Sequence record: MN850609.1
Reading direction: 5' to 3' (one strand)
Origin: Escherichia phage dhaeg
Length of the DNA stretch: 64,000 bases
Shown: in pieces, positions 10,085 to 20,998 of the stretch
How the letters are laid out: each line of letters starts with the position of its first letter
Position numbering within the stretch: the first letter of the stretch is position 1
Notes under the pieces: generated by a model
Databases searched by the model: none
Seen by the model: the letters and a program-made list of their open reading frames with translations, nothing else
What the model was told of the DNA's origin: nothing
Position numbers and translations under genes: made by a program

Positions 10085-13000
10085 TTATGGTGTATCAATC
10101 CATTCGAATTTAACAGAACGAGTTACTGGGTCCGGAATTATACGAACGTTACCAATACGTAACCAATCACGAATGGTCAAGTTACTCATTGAAGCATTAT
10201 CAGAAGGTAATGCACCAATATCAGACGGTTGAGGTGGGTTACCGCCATCAAATACCTGAACAAATCCAGACCAAGCATTTTTATTTTGCTGCCAAGTACG
10301 AGTCCAACGAGTTGTGCTTCCATCTGCAGTATTTGGATAGGTAATCCAATCCTGGTAAAGTGAATTCAGAGTGTTACCGAACTGAGTTAATGTACCTGGT
10401 GATTTAACTTCTTCACCACGAACCAAATACGGCAACCCTGTTACTTCGTTAATTTTTTCAACCATTTTAAAATAACCAGGGAACTGATTATAAGTAGCCG
10501 AATCATTAACGTCAACAGACCAAAAGCCTGTATTGTCTGCATTAGGTTTTCTGGAATAAAGGTCGGCAGGTTTAGTACCTTGAGAACGAATTCTCGAGTT
10601 AACCGTTAAACCGCCATTAGCTGTCAAAGGGTCTCGGACAGTTAACGTATTATTAATTGCAACACTACCATCAAATCTTGATGCAGCTGTAGCAACAAAA
10701 CCTGTGGTAGTAATACCAGATGCTTTAGTTACACTTAACCCGCCATTAATAGTAGCATTACCGTTGTATAGAGTTAAGTCACCTTCTGATAAAAGTAGGG
10801 AACCATCTCTACGGAAGGTCCATCTTCTTTGTGTCTGGGCTTCATCAATATAATGCAATACAAATGAACCTTCGTCCGGACTTGTTTCAGATTCATTTAT
10901 TAAAGTACCAAAACTAAATGTCCCGGTTTTATACCTTTGCTTTGCGATAGGAACATATTTAGAAGAACCTGGACCTGTAGTTATATTTACAAATATAGGT
11001 GCTTTAACATTAGAAGCATGTTGTGAAGCCCAACTACCTGCACCTTGAGTCTCTGAAATAAATTCAATATAATTCAGAGTACCTACAGTAGAATTGCTAT
11101 TGATTGTAGTAGAACCGGTTAATGTAGTATTATTTGAAGTAATAGAACCACTCAAATTAACTGCACCTGTAACGGTTAAAGTACTTTCAATTCTTACAGG
11201 CTGTTTAAATGCCATATTAGCATTAATATCTTGTGCTATATCACGACGAATAAACTGCGCGCTATCAAATCCATCTAATTTATCAGAGTCAAAAGCCTTA
11301 CCTTTAATCGGAAGATAGTGAGTTAATGCCGTATTCATTTGAAGAGGGGAAATAGCAAAGCCATCGTCTTCAAATTTAGCCAGGTTAGCAACAGAACCGT
11401 TAGTATCGTCACCTTCCCAAGTGGCTGTACCTGTAGTTAATTTAACATATCCTCTACGAGCAGAAGTAGCTTCCCAGGATTTTTCCTGTTGGACGATATA
11501 TTTGTAATGCTTAGGACTAAACGCTTTATTACTTACCGTACCATCAATAACTTCGGCCTGAGTAGCAAGCTGGATAATACCTTCGGCATTTTCGGTAGCC
11601 TTTTTAGCTTGAAGCTTAAGAGGAGTAATGATTGTTTTATCATCGGTTCCAGTATTAACTTCAGTTTGGGTAGCCAAACGAGCCGTACCACGTTGGGTAT
11701 TACTTGCTTCACGGATATCTAGTGTATAATGGTTCCATAAGGTTCCTGATTCAATCAAACCGCTGGCTGCTGAGACAGAAGTTCTAGCAGTATTATCAAA
11801 TCTTGTTTTAATTTTCAACGGAGTTGAAATAACATTATCTAATACACCTGCATCAAATTCTACTTGAGTACCAATACGAGCAATACCAGTTAAAGTCTCT
11901 GTAGCCTTCCTATCATTTAACGTCTTAGGCGTTACCGCACGAGTATAATCAGTTCCAGCATCAGTCTCTGCTTGCGTAGCAATTTCAATTAAACCATGAT
12001 TAGTATCAGTAGAACGACGAGCACCTAATGTTTCAGGTGTGACAACCGAGTTACTAAAACCAGGGTTAGTAGCACCAGCATTAACTTCGGCTTGCGTAGC
12101 AAGATATACGGCACCTTGGTTATTTTGGTCAGCTTTATACTGGTCCAAAGCTTTAGGAGAAATAACTAAAGTAGTAGTGTTCTTATTATAAACGTTGGTA
12201 CCTACAGTTGCTCTGGAGTCCGCAGGAGTGGTTCCTGTGGTAGATACATATTTTACTATACCAGACAGGCTTTCGGTTCCCTGGCGCGTCTGTAGCTTCT
12301 TAGGAGTGATAATGGTTGTATCATCAACACCTGCATCAGTTTCCTGTTGCGTAGCAATTTCAGCTACACCACGACGAGTTTCTGTAGCAGTACGTTCGTT
12401 TAATTTCTTAGGAGAAATAATCAAATCGTCCTGGAAAGCGAAAGTTGTATTCTGGTTTACCTGAGCAGTTGTAGCAATACGAGCAATACCACGACGTGAT
12501 TCGGTGGCAACACGATTAGCTAAAGTCTGTGGAGTAATTGCAAGTTCTTTTTCAGGATTATTTTCATGGTCGACGTTTGCCTGGGTCTGAGATGCAAGGG
12601 CAATAACACCGAGACGAGCACGAGTTAAATCATCCTTAGAATCCACACGTTCTACAGTAGGAACGTTCTGAGCAACCACCCAGTAGTTAACGTTAATATC
12701 TGTATCTTCAAGATAACTTAATTCGATAACCGGAGTATAACTTAAGTTACCATTAAAGGTCAATACGTCATTCAGAACCCATTCAGTATCCGGTGGATAT
12801 TCCGAACGTTTAGGGAACTGGAGCAATTGAACCGAAGAAGCAATTTTATCACCTACAGCAGCCTTAATATTTACTGTCTGGGCTTTACGAAGATAGTTCA
12901 ATGCGATTTTAATAGTATCGCCTTGCGCTACGTTAGTAGGTAAAGTGATATTAATAGTTTGTGGAGTTGTGTTATTAGGACCAAAAACAATAACACTTTC

Positions 13001-13963
13001 ATTAGCCAAGAGCTCAACATCGTCACGAATTACACGTAAACGAGTTTGACGGTCTCCGTCCCAAACATACCACATTTTTTCAACAGAGTTATAAACAAAG
13101 AACCCATCACCGGAGGTACGGAATTCCATGCTGTGCTGGCCAGGCTTACCTAATGAAGACGACGCATCAAACGTTTCAACTACTAAATGGAACTTACTTC
13201 CAAGACCATCGATATCAACGGTTTTAACCATATCACCTTGGTTTGCATACTTAGGAAGAGTAAATTTAATTACTGCACCTGAAGTATAACGACGTAAAAC
13301 GTTATCACCTGCTTGTGATTGGAACTGTGCAGTGTTAGGCTCTACACGAATACCGCGTTCTTCGTTACCTGCTTCCCAGAAATGCCAAAGACGGTTAGCA
13401 AAGATAAGCATGTTATAAGAAAAAGGTTTGGTTATCAGAGTTTCAGAGAACTGGTTACCAAATCGAACAATTTTCTGATTACCGCCGCCTGGAGCAGAAC
13501 TAGATTGAACCTTGATTTCATTATAACCTACACGGCCACCAATGTCCTTGATTACAATGGTATCGCCATCAGTAGGGTTAGGAGGCAGAGTAAATGTAGT
13601 AAAGCTAGCAGCAGAATCCACTGCGATATATTCACCGGAAGCCAGCTGGCGTGTAGGAGATGCTACTGTAATCCATTTAGGGTCAGTACGGGTAGCGGTC
13701 CAATATCCAGGTACAAAAGTTCCAGCCGGTGCAGCGATATCACGTTGAGCAACCCAAATACGCTGGTCATGGATTACGGCAAACCCTTTCTTATATCCGC
13801 GCGTCTCGTCGTACGCCTGGATGGTGTTCTCATCTATAAAGAATTCAACGTTGACGCCATCATCTAGTACATTGTAATCGGCTTTGGCAACATTGATAAC
13901 TTTCTCGCCCGCAGCATCGAGTCCGGATGTAGCACGGAATGCAGGTTTTAAAATATCAGCCAT
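10085..13963 (-). CDS. 34: long tail fibre proximal subunit gp34
   Basis: 1292 aa (T4 gp34 about 1289 aa); repeated ...TQxExxAG.D...ITP.KL... segments; divergent from rnh as in T4. Confidence 0.9.
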   Translation of the reverse strand: MADILKPAFRATSGLDAAGEKVINVAKADYNVLDDGVNVEFFIDENTIQAYDETRGYKKGFAVIHDQRIWVAQRDIAAPAGTFVPGYWTATRTDPKWITVASPTRQLASGEYIAVDSAASFTTFTLPPNPTDGDTIVIKDIGGRVGYNEIKVQSSSAPGGGNQKIVRFGNQFSETLITKPFSYNMLIFANRLWHFWEAGNEERGIRVEPNTAQFQSQAGDNVLRRYTSGAVIKFTLPKYANQGDMVKTVDIDGLGSKFHLVVETFDASSSLGKPGQHSMEFRTSGDGFFVYNSVEKMWYVWDGDRQTRLRVIRDDVELLANESVIVFGPNNTTPQTINITLPTNVAQGDTIKIALNYLRKAQTVNIKAAVGDKIASSVQLLQFPKRSEYPPDTEWVLNDVLTFNGNLSYTPVIELSYLEDTDINVNYWVVAQNVPTVERVDSKDDLTRARLGVIALASQTQANVDHENNPEKELAITPQTLANRVATESRRGIARIATTAQVNQNTTFAFQDDLIISPKKLNERTATETRRGVAEIATQQETDAGVDDTTIITPKKLQTRQGTESLSGIVKYVSTTGTTPADSRATVGTNVYNKNTTTLVISPKALDQYKADQNNQGAVYLATQAEVNAGATNPGFSNSVVTPETLGARRSTDTNHGLIEIATQAETDAGTDYTRAVTPKTLNDRKATETLTGIARIGTQVEFDAGVLDNVISTPLKIKTRFDNTARTSVSAASGLIESGTLWNHYTLDIREASNTQRGTARLATQTEVNTGTDDKTIITPLKLQAKKATENAEGIIQLATQAEVIDGTVSNKAFSPKHYKYIVQQEKSWEATSARRGYVKLTTGTATWEGDDTNGSVANLAKFEDDGFAISPLQMNTALTHYLPIKGKAFDSDKLDGFDSAQFIRRDIAQDINANMAFKQPVRIESTLTVTGAVNLSGSITSNNTTLTGSTTINSNSTVGTLNYIEFISETQGAGSWASQHASNVKAPIFVNITTGPGSSKYVPIAKQRYKTGTFSFGTLINESETSPDEGSFVLHYIDEAQTQRRWTFRRDGSLLLSEGDLTLYNGNATINGGLSVTKASGITTTGFVATAASRFDGSVAINNTLTVRDPLTANGGLTVNSRIRSQGTKPADLYSRKPNADNTGFWSVDVNDSATYNQFPGYFKMVEKINEVTGLPYLVRGEEVKSPGTLTQFGNTLNSLYQDWITYPNTADGSTTRWTRTWQQNKNAWSGFVQVFDGGNPPQPSDIGALPSDNASMSNLTIRDWLRIGNVRIIPDPVTRSVKFEWIDTP

Positions 13964-13996
13964 TTTATTTCCTTTTCGTTTTTCAGGGTATAGAAC

Positions 13997-14004
13997 TATT
14001 TATA
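13997..14004 (-). promoter_or_regulatory. late promoter TATAAATA for gene 34
   Basis: tatttata on plus strand, about 34 nt upstream of gp34 ATG on minus. Confidence 0.6.
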
Positions 14005-14011
14005 GCAAAGT

Positions 14012-14040
14012 GTTTACTTCTTCCAGGGCCATGATATAAT
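14012..14040 (+). promoter_or_regulatory. early promoter for rnh (GTTTAC, 17 nt, TATAAT)
   Basis: gtttac 14012-14017, tataat 14035-14040, preceded by TG at -14/-15. Confidence 0.6.
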
Positions 14041-14071
14041 AACCTTCTACACTAATTGGACAGAGGTTCAT

Positions 14072-15019
14072 ATGAACGATTTAGATTTTTTACTTCCTGA
14101 AGAAGACCAACAAAAAGATGGATTTTTACTCCTGGATTTCAGCCAAATCATTATGGCTGCGGCCTTCCAAGAATTTGGTGAAAACGCTGGATTTCCTAAA
14201 GTAACAACAGCAATGCTTCGACATCTCGTCTTGAATTCAATCAAGAAAAACATTAAAGACTTTAAAAAACAAGGTTACAACCAACTAATCATTTGTGTTG
14301 ATAACTCTAAATCAGGTTATTGGCGTCGTCGTTATTCTTCTTATTATAAGAAAAACCGTGCCAAGGCACGTGACGAATCACCATTTGATTGGGAAGGCTT
14401 ATTCACTGCAATGCATATTATTGTGGATGAACTGGAACAAAACATGCCTTATATTGTTATGAATATCGATACAATCGAGGCCGATGACCACATTGCTGTA
14501 TTGACTCGTATCCTTACGGCTAAAGGCCATCCGGTTATGATTGGTTCTTCTGATGGTGACTTTACCCAACTTCATAAATTCCCTGGTGTAAAACAATGGT
14601 CTCCAATGCAGAAAAAATTCGTCAAAACAAAATCTGGTGATGCTCTGCTTGATTGTGTGACTAAGGTTATTAAAGGTGACCGCAAGGATAACGTTGCAAG
14701 TATTAAAGTTCGTGGTGATTATTGGTTGACAATGGTTGAAGGCGAACGTACTCCTAGCACCCGTGCCAAGGAACTTGAAGCAATTGCTCTGAATTATTAT
14801 GACCATGATATAATTAAAACACTTCTTACTGAGGAACAATATGAACGTTTCTGTGAAAACCAAATCTTAATTGATATGGACTTTATTCCAGATGATATTG
14901 TTGCTTTAATTACTGAAAGATATAATACGTATAACAAACCTTCGAAATCTAAAGTTTATCCTTATTTCGTTAAATCTGGTTTGTCTAAACTAACTGCTAC
15001 AGTAGCTGATTTTTATTAA
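14072..15019 (+). CDS. rnh: RNase H / 5'-3' flap exonuclease
   Basis: 315 aa; blocks DFSQI, GYWRR..YYKKNR, DDHIAVL, SSDGDFTQLHK, KQWSPM.KK, KGD.KDNVAS.KVR match T4 RNase H. Confidence 0.95.
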   Translation: MNDLDFLLPEEDQQKDGFLLLDFSQIIMAAAFQEFGENAGFPKVTTAMLRHLVLNSIKKNIKDFKKQGYNQLIICVDNSKSGYWRRRYSSYYKKNRAKARDESPFDWEGLFTAMHIIVDELEQNMPYIVMNIDTIEADDHIAVLTRILTAKGHPVMIGSSDGDFTQLHKFPGVKQWSPMQKKFVKTKSGDALLDCVTKVIKGDRKDNVASIKVRGDYWLTMVEGERTPSTRAKELEAIALNYYDHDIIKTLLTEEQYERFCENQILIDMDFIPDDIVALITERYNTYNKPSKSKVYPYFVKSGLSKLTATVADFY

Positions 15020-15029
15020 GGTGAATATA

Positions 15030-15299
15030 ATGGCTAAAGAAAAAGTGAAAGTTGAATTCAACCAAGAAGAACATGGTAATACCCTAGCCCAGTTGATTAA
15101 AACTGCTTCCGATACCAAATTAAAAATGGAAGCATACGGCGACGAAATTAAAGATATCAAAGACCGTGCTAAGACTGAACTTGGTGTAGACGGTAAAATG
15201 TTTAACCAGCTGTTCTCCTTGTATCATAAAGGCACTCGTGAACGTTTCGAAGACGAAAAAACTGAAGTGGTAGAACTGTATGACACAATCTTTGAATGA
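15030..15299 (+). CDS. dsbA: DsbA dsDNA-binding late-transcription enhancer
   Basis: 89 aa from ATG at 15030 (SD aaggtga); position rnh-dsbA-33 as in T4 (DsbA 89 aa). Confidence 0.7.
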   Translation: MAKEKVKVEFNQEEHGNTLAQLIKTASDTKLKMEAYGDEIKDIKDRAKTELGVDGKMFNQLFSLYHKGTRERFEDEKTEVVELYDTIFE

Positions 15300-15582
15300 T
15301 TTTGATGGAGCGGTTAATACCGCTTCTGAACCCGTCCATGTATTGGTAAATAAACAACAGAATGGCCTTGATATTGAGGCCTTTGTTGAGGCTGAAGGAT
15401 GTAGCTATCTCGAAGCGGCTACCGCATGGTTGGAAGAGAACAGCATCCCTGAAGGTAACTTTGCTCGTTATTTGCCTGCAGGAATTATTGATAAAATTAT
15501 GAACGAGGCCATTGATGATAACTTGCTTCGTCCTTCAATGGCACGAACGCAAAAAACTAATACCCTGGATTTCTTGTTATGA
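15280..15582 (+). CDS. 33: gp33 late transcription co-activator
   Basis: 100 aa; WLEENSIPE...LRPS...LDFLL C-terminal blocks as in T4 gp33. Confidence 0.8.
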   Translation: MTQSLNDFDGAVNTASEPVHVLVNKQQNGLDIEAFVEAEGCSYLEAATAWLEENSIPEGNFARYLPAGIIDKIMNEAIDDNLLRPSMARTQKTNTLDFLL

Positions 15583-16232
15583 TTAAGATTCGCATGCCAC
15601 CAAACAATAACCGTATGGTGAATGGTAAGAGCGTATATTCACTATACTTAATGCTCAAACATCACTTCAATGCCAAATACGACGTTATAAAATATAACTG
15701 GGTCATGCGAATCTCTGATACGGCTTACCAAAAACGTCGTGACAAATATTTCTTCGAGAAATTGAGTGATAAATACACTTTGAAAGAGCTTGCTCTTATC
15801 TTCATGAGTAACTTGGTGGCTAACCAAGACGCATGGATTGGCGACATCAGTGATGCTGACGCCCTAGTCTTTTACCGAGAATATATTGGTAGACTTAAAA
15901 GAATAAAACAAGTTTTTGAGGACGATATCAAAAACATCTATTATTTCAGTAAGAAAGTGGAAGTTCAAGCGCTTTCTGAAATTTTTGATTATAATAAAAA
16001 AGTTAATTCGAGCTATATTTTTAAGCTCCTTCAATCGAATGTTATTTCGTTCGAAACGTTTATTTTGCTTGATTCATTTATGGATATAATAAATAAACAT
16101 GATGAACAGACCAACGATTTAGTGTGGTCTAAGTATTCGACTAAATTAAATGCTTATAAGAAAATTCTTATAATCGATAATTTAGAAGCTCGTAAATTGT
16201 TCATTGAAACTATCAAATCTTGTAAGTTTTAA
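15579..16232 (+). CDS. 59: gp59 helicase loader
   Basis: 217 aa, identical length to T4 gp59; long colinear identity (YDVIKYNW, AYQKRRDKYFF, LVANQDAWIGDISDADALVFYREYIGRLK). Confidence 0.95.
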   Translation: MIKIRMPPNNNRMVNGKSVYSLYLMLKHHFNAKYDVIKYNWVMRISDTAYQKRRDKYFFEKLSDKYTLKELALIFMSNLVANQDAWIGDISDADALVFYREYIGRLKRIKQVFEDDIKNIYYFSKKVEVQALSEIFDYNKKVNSSYIFKLLQSNVISFETFILLDSFMDIINKHDEQTNDLVWSKYSTKLNAYKKILIIDNLEARKLFIETIKSCKF

Positions 16233-16322
16233 TGCTTCATATTAAATGTGTTAATATACTAACTCAATCTGTTAAAAACTGTTAATAAAATACAACTGCT
16301 AAAATCTGCTAAGGTAAATAAT
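16233..16322 (+). promoter_or_regulatory. gene 32 5' leader (candidate autoregulatory translational operator)
   Basis: 90-nt AT-rich untranslated leader upstream of gene 32; in T4 this leader carries the gp32 binding site and pseudoknot; structure not verified here. Confidence 0.35.
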
Positions 16323-17228
16323 ATGTTCAAACGTAAAGACCCTTCCCAACTGGCTGCTCAACTGTCTGCAATGAAAGGTGGTTCTTCTTTCTCTTCCGAT
16401 GATAAAGCTGAATGGAAATTGAAAGACGACAATGGTGTTGGTACTGCGGTAATTCGTTTCCTACCTTCGAAAAACGAAGAAAATCCATCTCCATTCGTTA
16501 AGCTCGTTAACCACGGCTTTAAGAAAAATGGTCAATGGTACATTGAAAACTGTACGTCTACTCACGGTGATTTCGATTCTTGTCCTGTATGTAAATACAT
16601 GAACCAGAACGATACGTATAATACTAATAACGCCGAATACAAACTGATGAAACGTAAAACTTCCTTCTGGGCTAACATCCTTGTTATTAAGGATAGTGCA
16701 GTGCCTGCTAACGAAGGTAAAGTGTTTAAATTCCGTTTCGGTCAGAAAATTATGGATAAAATCAACCAGATGGTTGAAGTTGATACTGATATTGGTGAAG
16801 TGCCGGTTGACGTAACATGTCCGTTTGATGGTGCTAACTTCGTACTGAAATCTAAGAAAGTTGGTGACTTCAAAAACTACGACGATTCCAAATTCATGGG
16901 TCAGTCTGAAATTCCTAACATCAATGATGAAGCTTACCAAGCTAAATTGATGGAAGAAATGCACGACCTTTCTAAACTGCTCGAGTTCAAATCCTTTGAA
17001 ACTAACGAAGCCAAGTTTAAGAAAGTTGTTGGTACTGCTGCTCTTGGTGGTGCTGCCGCTAAAGCTTCTGCAGCTGCTGATAAGATTGGTGATGACCTGG
17101 ACGCATTCAGTGCAGACCTTGATGCATATGATTCCAAACCGTCTACACCGACCCGTTCCACTACTCCTGAACCATCAGTAAGTCCTTCTGATGACGATGG
17201 TCTGGACGACCTGTTAGCTGGTCTATAA
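16323..17228 (+). CDS. 32: gp32 single-stranded DNA-binding protein
   Basis: 301 aa, same length as T4 gp32; MFKRK...VIRFLPSKN...[24 protein letters not shown] (zinc site) ...SFWANILV. Confidence 0.97.
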   Translation: MFKRKDPSQLAAQLSAMKGGSSFSSDDKAEWKLKDDNGVGTAVIRFLPSKNEENPSPFVKLVNHGFKKNGQWYIENCTSTHGDFDSCPVCKYMNQNDTYNTNNAEYKLMKRKTSFWANILVIKDSAVPANEGKVFKFRFGQKIMDKINQMVEVDTDIGEVPVDVTCPFDGANFVLKSKKVGDFKNYDDSKFMGQSEIPNINDEAYQAKLMEEMHDLSKLLEFKSFETNEAKFKKVVGTAALGGAAAKASAAADKIGDDLDAFSADLDAYDSKPSTPTRSTTPEPSVSPSDDDGLDDLLAGL

Positions 17229-17244
17229 GTTATTGATTTATAAT

Positions 17245-17269
17245 GGGAAGACTTCGGTCTTCCCTTTTT
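17245..17269 (+). terminator. intrinsic terminator after gene 32
   Basis: gggaagaCTTCGGtcttccc hairpin (UUCG loop) + TTTTT. Confidence 0.7.
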
Positions 17270-17280
17270 GGCATTTAATG

Positions 17281-17309
17281 GTTTACAATGCCTTTAAACA
17301 TGATACTAT
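17281..17309 (+). promoter_or_regulatory. early promoter cassette
   Basis: gtttac, 17-nt spacer, catgaTACTATagacctatcaa; near-identical to the cassette at 1-40. Confidence 0.55.
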
Positions 17310-17338
17310 AGACCTATCAACTACATGAGGAAATAAAA

Positions 17339-17707
17339 ATGGAAACTGGTAAATTTTACGTATTAGACCCTGCTGCCAAAAAACAATTCATCGCTGGTAG
17401 TCCTGATAACAATTCACGTATGGTTAAGATTATGGAACAACATGGCAGTTCCTTTAAAGTCCTGGGCATGTGTTATATCGACGGTGATTATTTTGTCGAA
17501 AAAGTTGAAATGAAAGATGGTACCATCCTGAAGTCTGTTTATGATAATGCTGACGAGTATTTTGAACTCGCTGAATGGGAATTCAAACACTTCATAGAAG
17601 TTGATGGCGATGCTCCTGCTGTTGATACCCAAACCATTCATGTGCAGGTAAATCATAAAAATGCGGCAGAAGTTGTTGCCTTGATTAAAGCTACCTTTGG
17701 AATTTAA
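17339..17707 (+). CDS. hypothetical early protein, paralog A (frd.x-like position)
   Basis: 122 aa; paralogous to the next gene. Confidence 0.55.
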   Translation: METGKFYVLDPAAKKQFIAGSPDNNSRMVKIMEQHGSSFKVLGMCYIDGDYFVEKVEMKDGTILKSVYDNADEYFELAEWEFKHFIEVDGDAPAVDTQTIHVQVNHKNAAEVVALIKATFGI

Positions 17708-17709
17708 AA

Positions 17710-18093
17710 ATGGAAATCGGTAAAAAATACGAACTTCGTCCTGAGCGTATCAAATCTTTTATTAATATCAGCCCTATCAATAATAATGATATGGTTGATA
17801 TTATCCAAGAAAACGGTGGTTGGTTTGAAGTAAAGGACATGATGACCACAGATGGGGATAAATTTGTAACTAAAATTAAATGTGCGAATGGTGAGATTTT
17901 TAGTTCGGACGGGACCCTAGAGGAATATTTTGAATTGCATGAAGATGAGTTCTATTGCTTCCGTGAATATGCCGAACAAGATGAAGTTGACGAACCTGTT
18001 ACTAAGGCAGGCGTAACTCAAATACATTGCATTGTTACCGAACAGAACGTTGACCAAATTATTAAACTTTTGCAAAAAACTTTTAAGGCCTAA
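17710..18093 (+). CDS. hypothetical early protein, paralog B
   Basis: 127 aa; shares ME.GK.Y.L.P...K.FI..SP.NN.MV.I.....F.V......DGD.FV.K......I.......EYFEL.E.EF with the 17339 ORF. Confidence 0.55.
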   Translation: MEIGKKYELRPERIKSFINISPINNNDMVDIIQENGGWFEVKDMMTTDGDKFVTKIKCANGEIFSSDGTLEEYFELHEDEFYCFREYAEQDEVDEPVTKAGVTQIHCIVTEQNVDQIIKLLQKTFKA

Positions 18094-18094
18094 C

Positions 18095-18355
18095 ATGACT
18101 AAAGATGATTTCCTGGATGCAGTAGAAAAAGCCAGTGAGAAATTTGAAGTGATGGGTGTACGAGTTCATAAAGACCGAAATTATGGCCTCGATATTCAAA
18201 CGTATTCGTTATGGCTTGTAGGTGAACATAGTCTTGTAACCAGCTTAGTTATGGGTGTTGATGCTCAACCTTTACTGGTTAAATTCAGAAGTATGGAAAA
18301 AGCTACCAAAGAAATGATTAAGCTTGGTAAATGGCTTGATAAAATTCAAAAATAA
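18095..18355 (+). CDS. hypothetical protein (86 aa)
   Basis: ATG at 18095 immediately after upstream stop; track ORF 18032 start overlaps previous gene. Confidence 0.45.
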   Translation: MTKDDFLDAVEKASEKFEVMGVRVHKDRNYGLDIQTYSLWLVGEHSLVTSLVMGVDAQPLLVKFRSMEKATKEMIKLGKWLDKIQK

Positions 18356-18357
18356 AT

Positions 18358-18386
18358 GTTTACATGGTCTATAGGCATGATACTAT
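18358..18386 (+). promoter_or_regulatory. early promoter cassette with inverted repeat ggtctatag/ctatagacc around -10
   Basis: gtttac 18358-18363, tactat 18381-18386. Confidence 0.55.
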
Positions 18387-18418
18387 AGACCTATCAACTA
18401 ATGAGTGAGGAAAATAAA

Positions 18419-18646
18419 ATGGCTAAGGTTAATATTGATATCGTTGATTTTGAATACACTTACGAAGTTATCCGTAATCGTTATCCTTCTTTGAATATGA
18501 CTTATATCAAAGATACGCAATTCTGTAGTATGCAAATTGAAGTCCAAGGTCCTCTTGAAGACCTTACCCGCTTTATGGCTGATGAATATTGCGATGGTAT
18601 GCATGCTGAAGACGCTGAATTTTATATGGGCTTAATTCAAAAATAA
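18419..18646 (+). CDS. hypothetical protein (75 aa)
   Basis: ATG with gaggaaaataaa SD; track start 18401 lies in the promoter cassette. Confidence 0.45.
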   Translation: MAKVNIDIVDFEYTYEVIRNRYPSLNMTYIKDTQFCSMQIEVQGPLEDLTRFMADEYCDGMHAEDAEFYMGLIQK

Positions 18647-18648
18647 GT

Positions 18649-18678
18649 GTTTACCTAAGGCTATGGTAGTGATACTAT
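18649..18678 (+). promoter_or_regulatory. early promoter cassette with inverted repeat aaggctat/atagcctt
   Basis: gtttac 18649-18654, tactat 18673-18678. Confidence 0.5.
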
Positions 18679-18704
18679 AGCCTTATCAACTTGAGGAGAA
18701 TAAA

Positions 18705-18944
18705 ATGAAATTACAACGCGAATCAATCAAAAATTCTGAAGTTAAAGGCAAATGGTACTTCACAATCCAAGGTAACAATCCAGAAGCTCTGGAAAAAGCC
18801 GAACAGGCTTTGTGTGAAATGGGTTGGAAAGATGAGTGTGATGGTTGTCCTCTTTATGAAGATGGTAGCTCATCTGGTTTCTGGATTCACCATTCTGATG
18901 TTGACCAATTTAAAGCTGACTGGAAAGTCGCTAAGAAAGCGTGA
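18705..18944 (+). CDS. hypothetical protein (79 aa)
   Basis: SD gaggagaataaa; Cys-containing small protein (CEMGWKDECDGCP). Confidence 0.5.
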   Translation: MKLQRESIKNSEVKGKWYFTIQGNNPEALEKAEQALCEMGWKDECDGCPLYEDGSSSGFWIHHSDVDQFKADWKVAKKA

Positions 18945-18954
18945 GGAAAATATA

Positions 18955-20076
<1,122 letters not shown>

Positions 20077-20077
<1 letters not shown>

Positions 20078-20937
20078 TGAAACAATACCAATTTTTAATT
20101 AAAGATATCCTGGAAAATGGCTACGAAACCGACGACCGTACCGGCACCGGTACAATTGCACTGTTCGGTACTAAATTACGTTTTGATTTAACTAAAGGCT
20201 TTCCTGCAGTAACAACTAAAAAATTAGCATGGAAAGCCTGTATTGCTGAGCTCCTTTGGTTCCTTTCGGGTTCAACTAACGTTAATGACCTTCGTTTCCG
20301 TACTCACGGTTCATTAATTGGCGGCAAAACTATTTGGGACGAGAACTATGAAAATCAGGCCAAAGACCTAGGTTATCATAGTGGTGAACTGGGTCCGGTA
20401 TACGGGAAACAATGGCGAGATTTTGGTGGTGTCGACCAGGTTGTAGAAATTATCGACCGCATTAAAAAGATGCCTAATGACCGACGTCAAATAGTATCTG
20501 CATGGAACCCGGCTGAAATCGACCAGATGGCTCTTCCTCCATGTCATTGTTTTTACCAGTTCAACGTTCGTAATGGACATCTTGACCTCCAGTGGTACCA
20601 ACGTTCTGTTGACGTGTTCTTAGGATTGCCATTTAATATTGCCTCTTACGCCGCTCTTGTGCATATTGTAGCTAAGATGTGTAATCTTATTCCGGGCGAT
20701 TTAGTGTTCTCAGGCGGCAATACGCACATCTATTCTAACCACGTTGAACAATGCCAAGAAGTTCTTCGTCGTGAGCCTAAAGAGCTTTGTGAACTGGAAA
20801 TTAATTGGCCTGAAGGATTCTCTGATTGGAGCACGACATTACAGCTTTATTGGGTAACAGAGCATATGGTCCATGAAGATTTTAAACTCATTGGTTACGA
20901 ATCACACCCTACCATTAAGGCTAAAATGGCTGTATGA
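20077..20937 (+). CDS. td: thymidylate synthase, uninterrupted (no intron)
   Basis: 286 aa from MKQYQ; continuous match to T4 TS through ...GNTHIYSNHVEQC.E.LRREPKEL; no intron or intron ORF. Confidence 0.95.
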
Positions 20938-20998
20938 AAATTCAAATAATCTGTACTCTGTTTTTGGTTATTATGGTCGGACTGAATTTGGTGTTATA

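Noticed and set aside
13319-13867. 182-aa plus-strand ORF (and a 68-aa ORF at 13542-13748)
   Set aside because: Entirely antisense to gene 34; no ribosome-binding site; Ser/Arg/Cys-rich composition typical of antisense frames.
20873-20998. N-terminal extension of the DUF4326-like ORF overlapping the td 3' end
   Set aside because: The extension overlaps the conserved td C-terminus in another frame; a downstream ATG at 20999 gives a protein of typical DUF4326 length.
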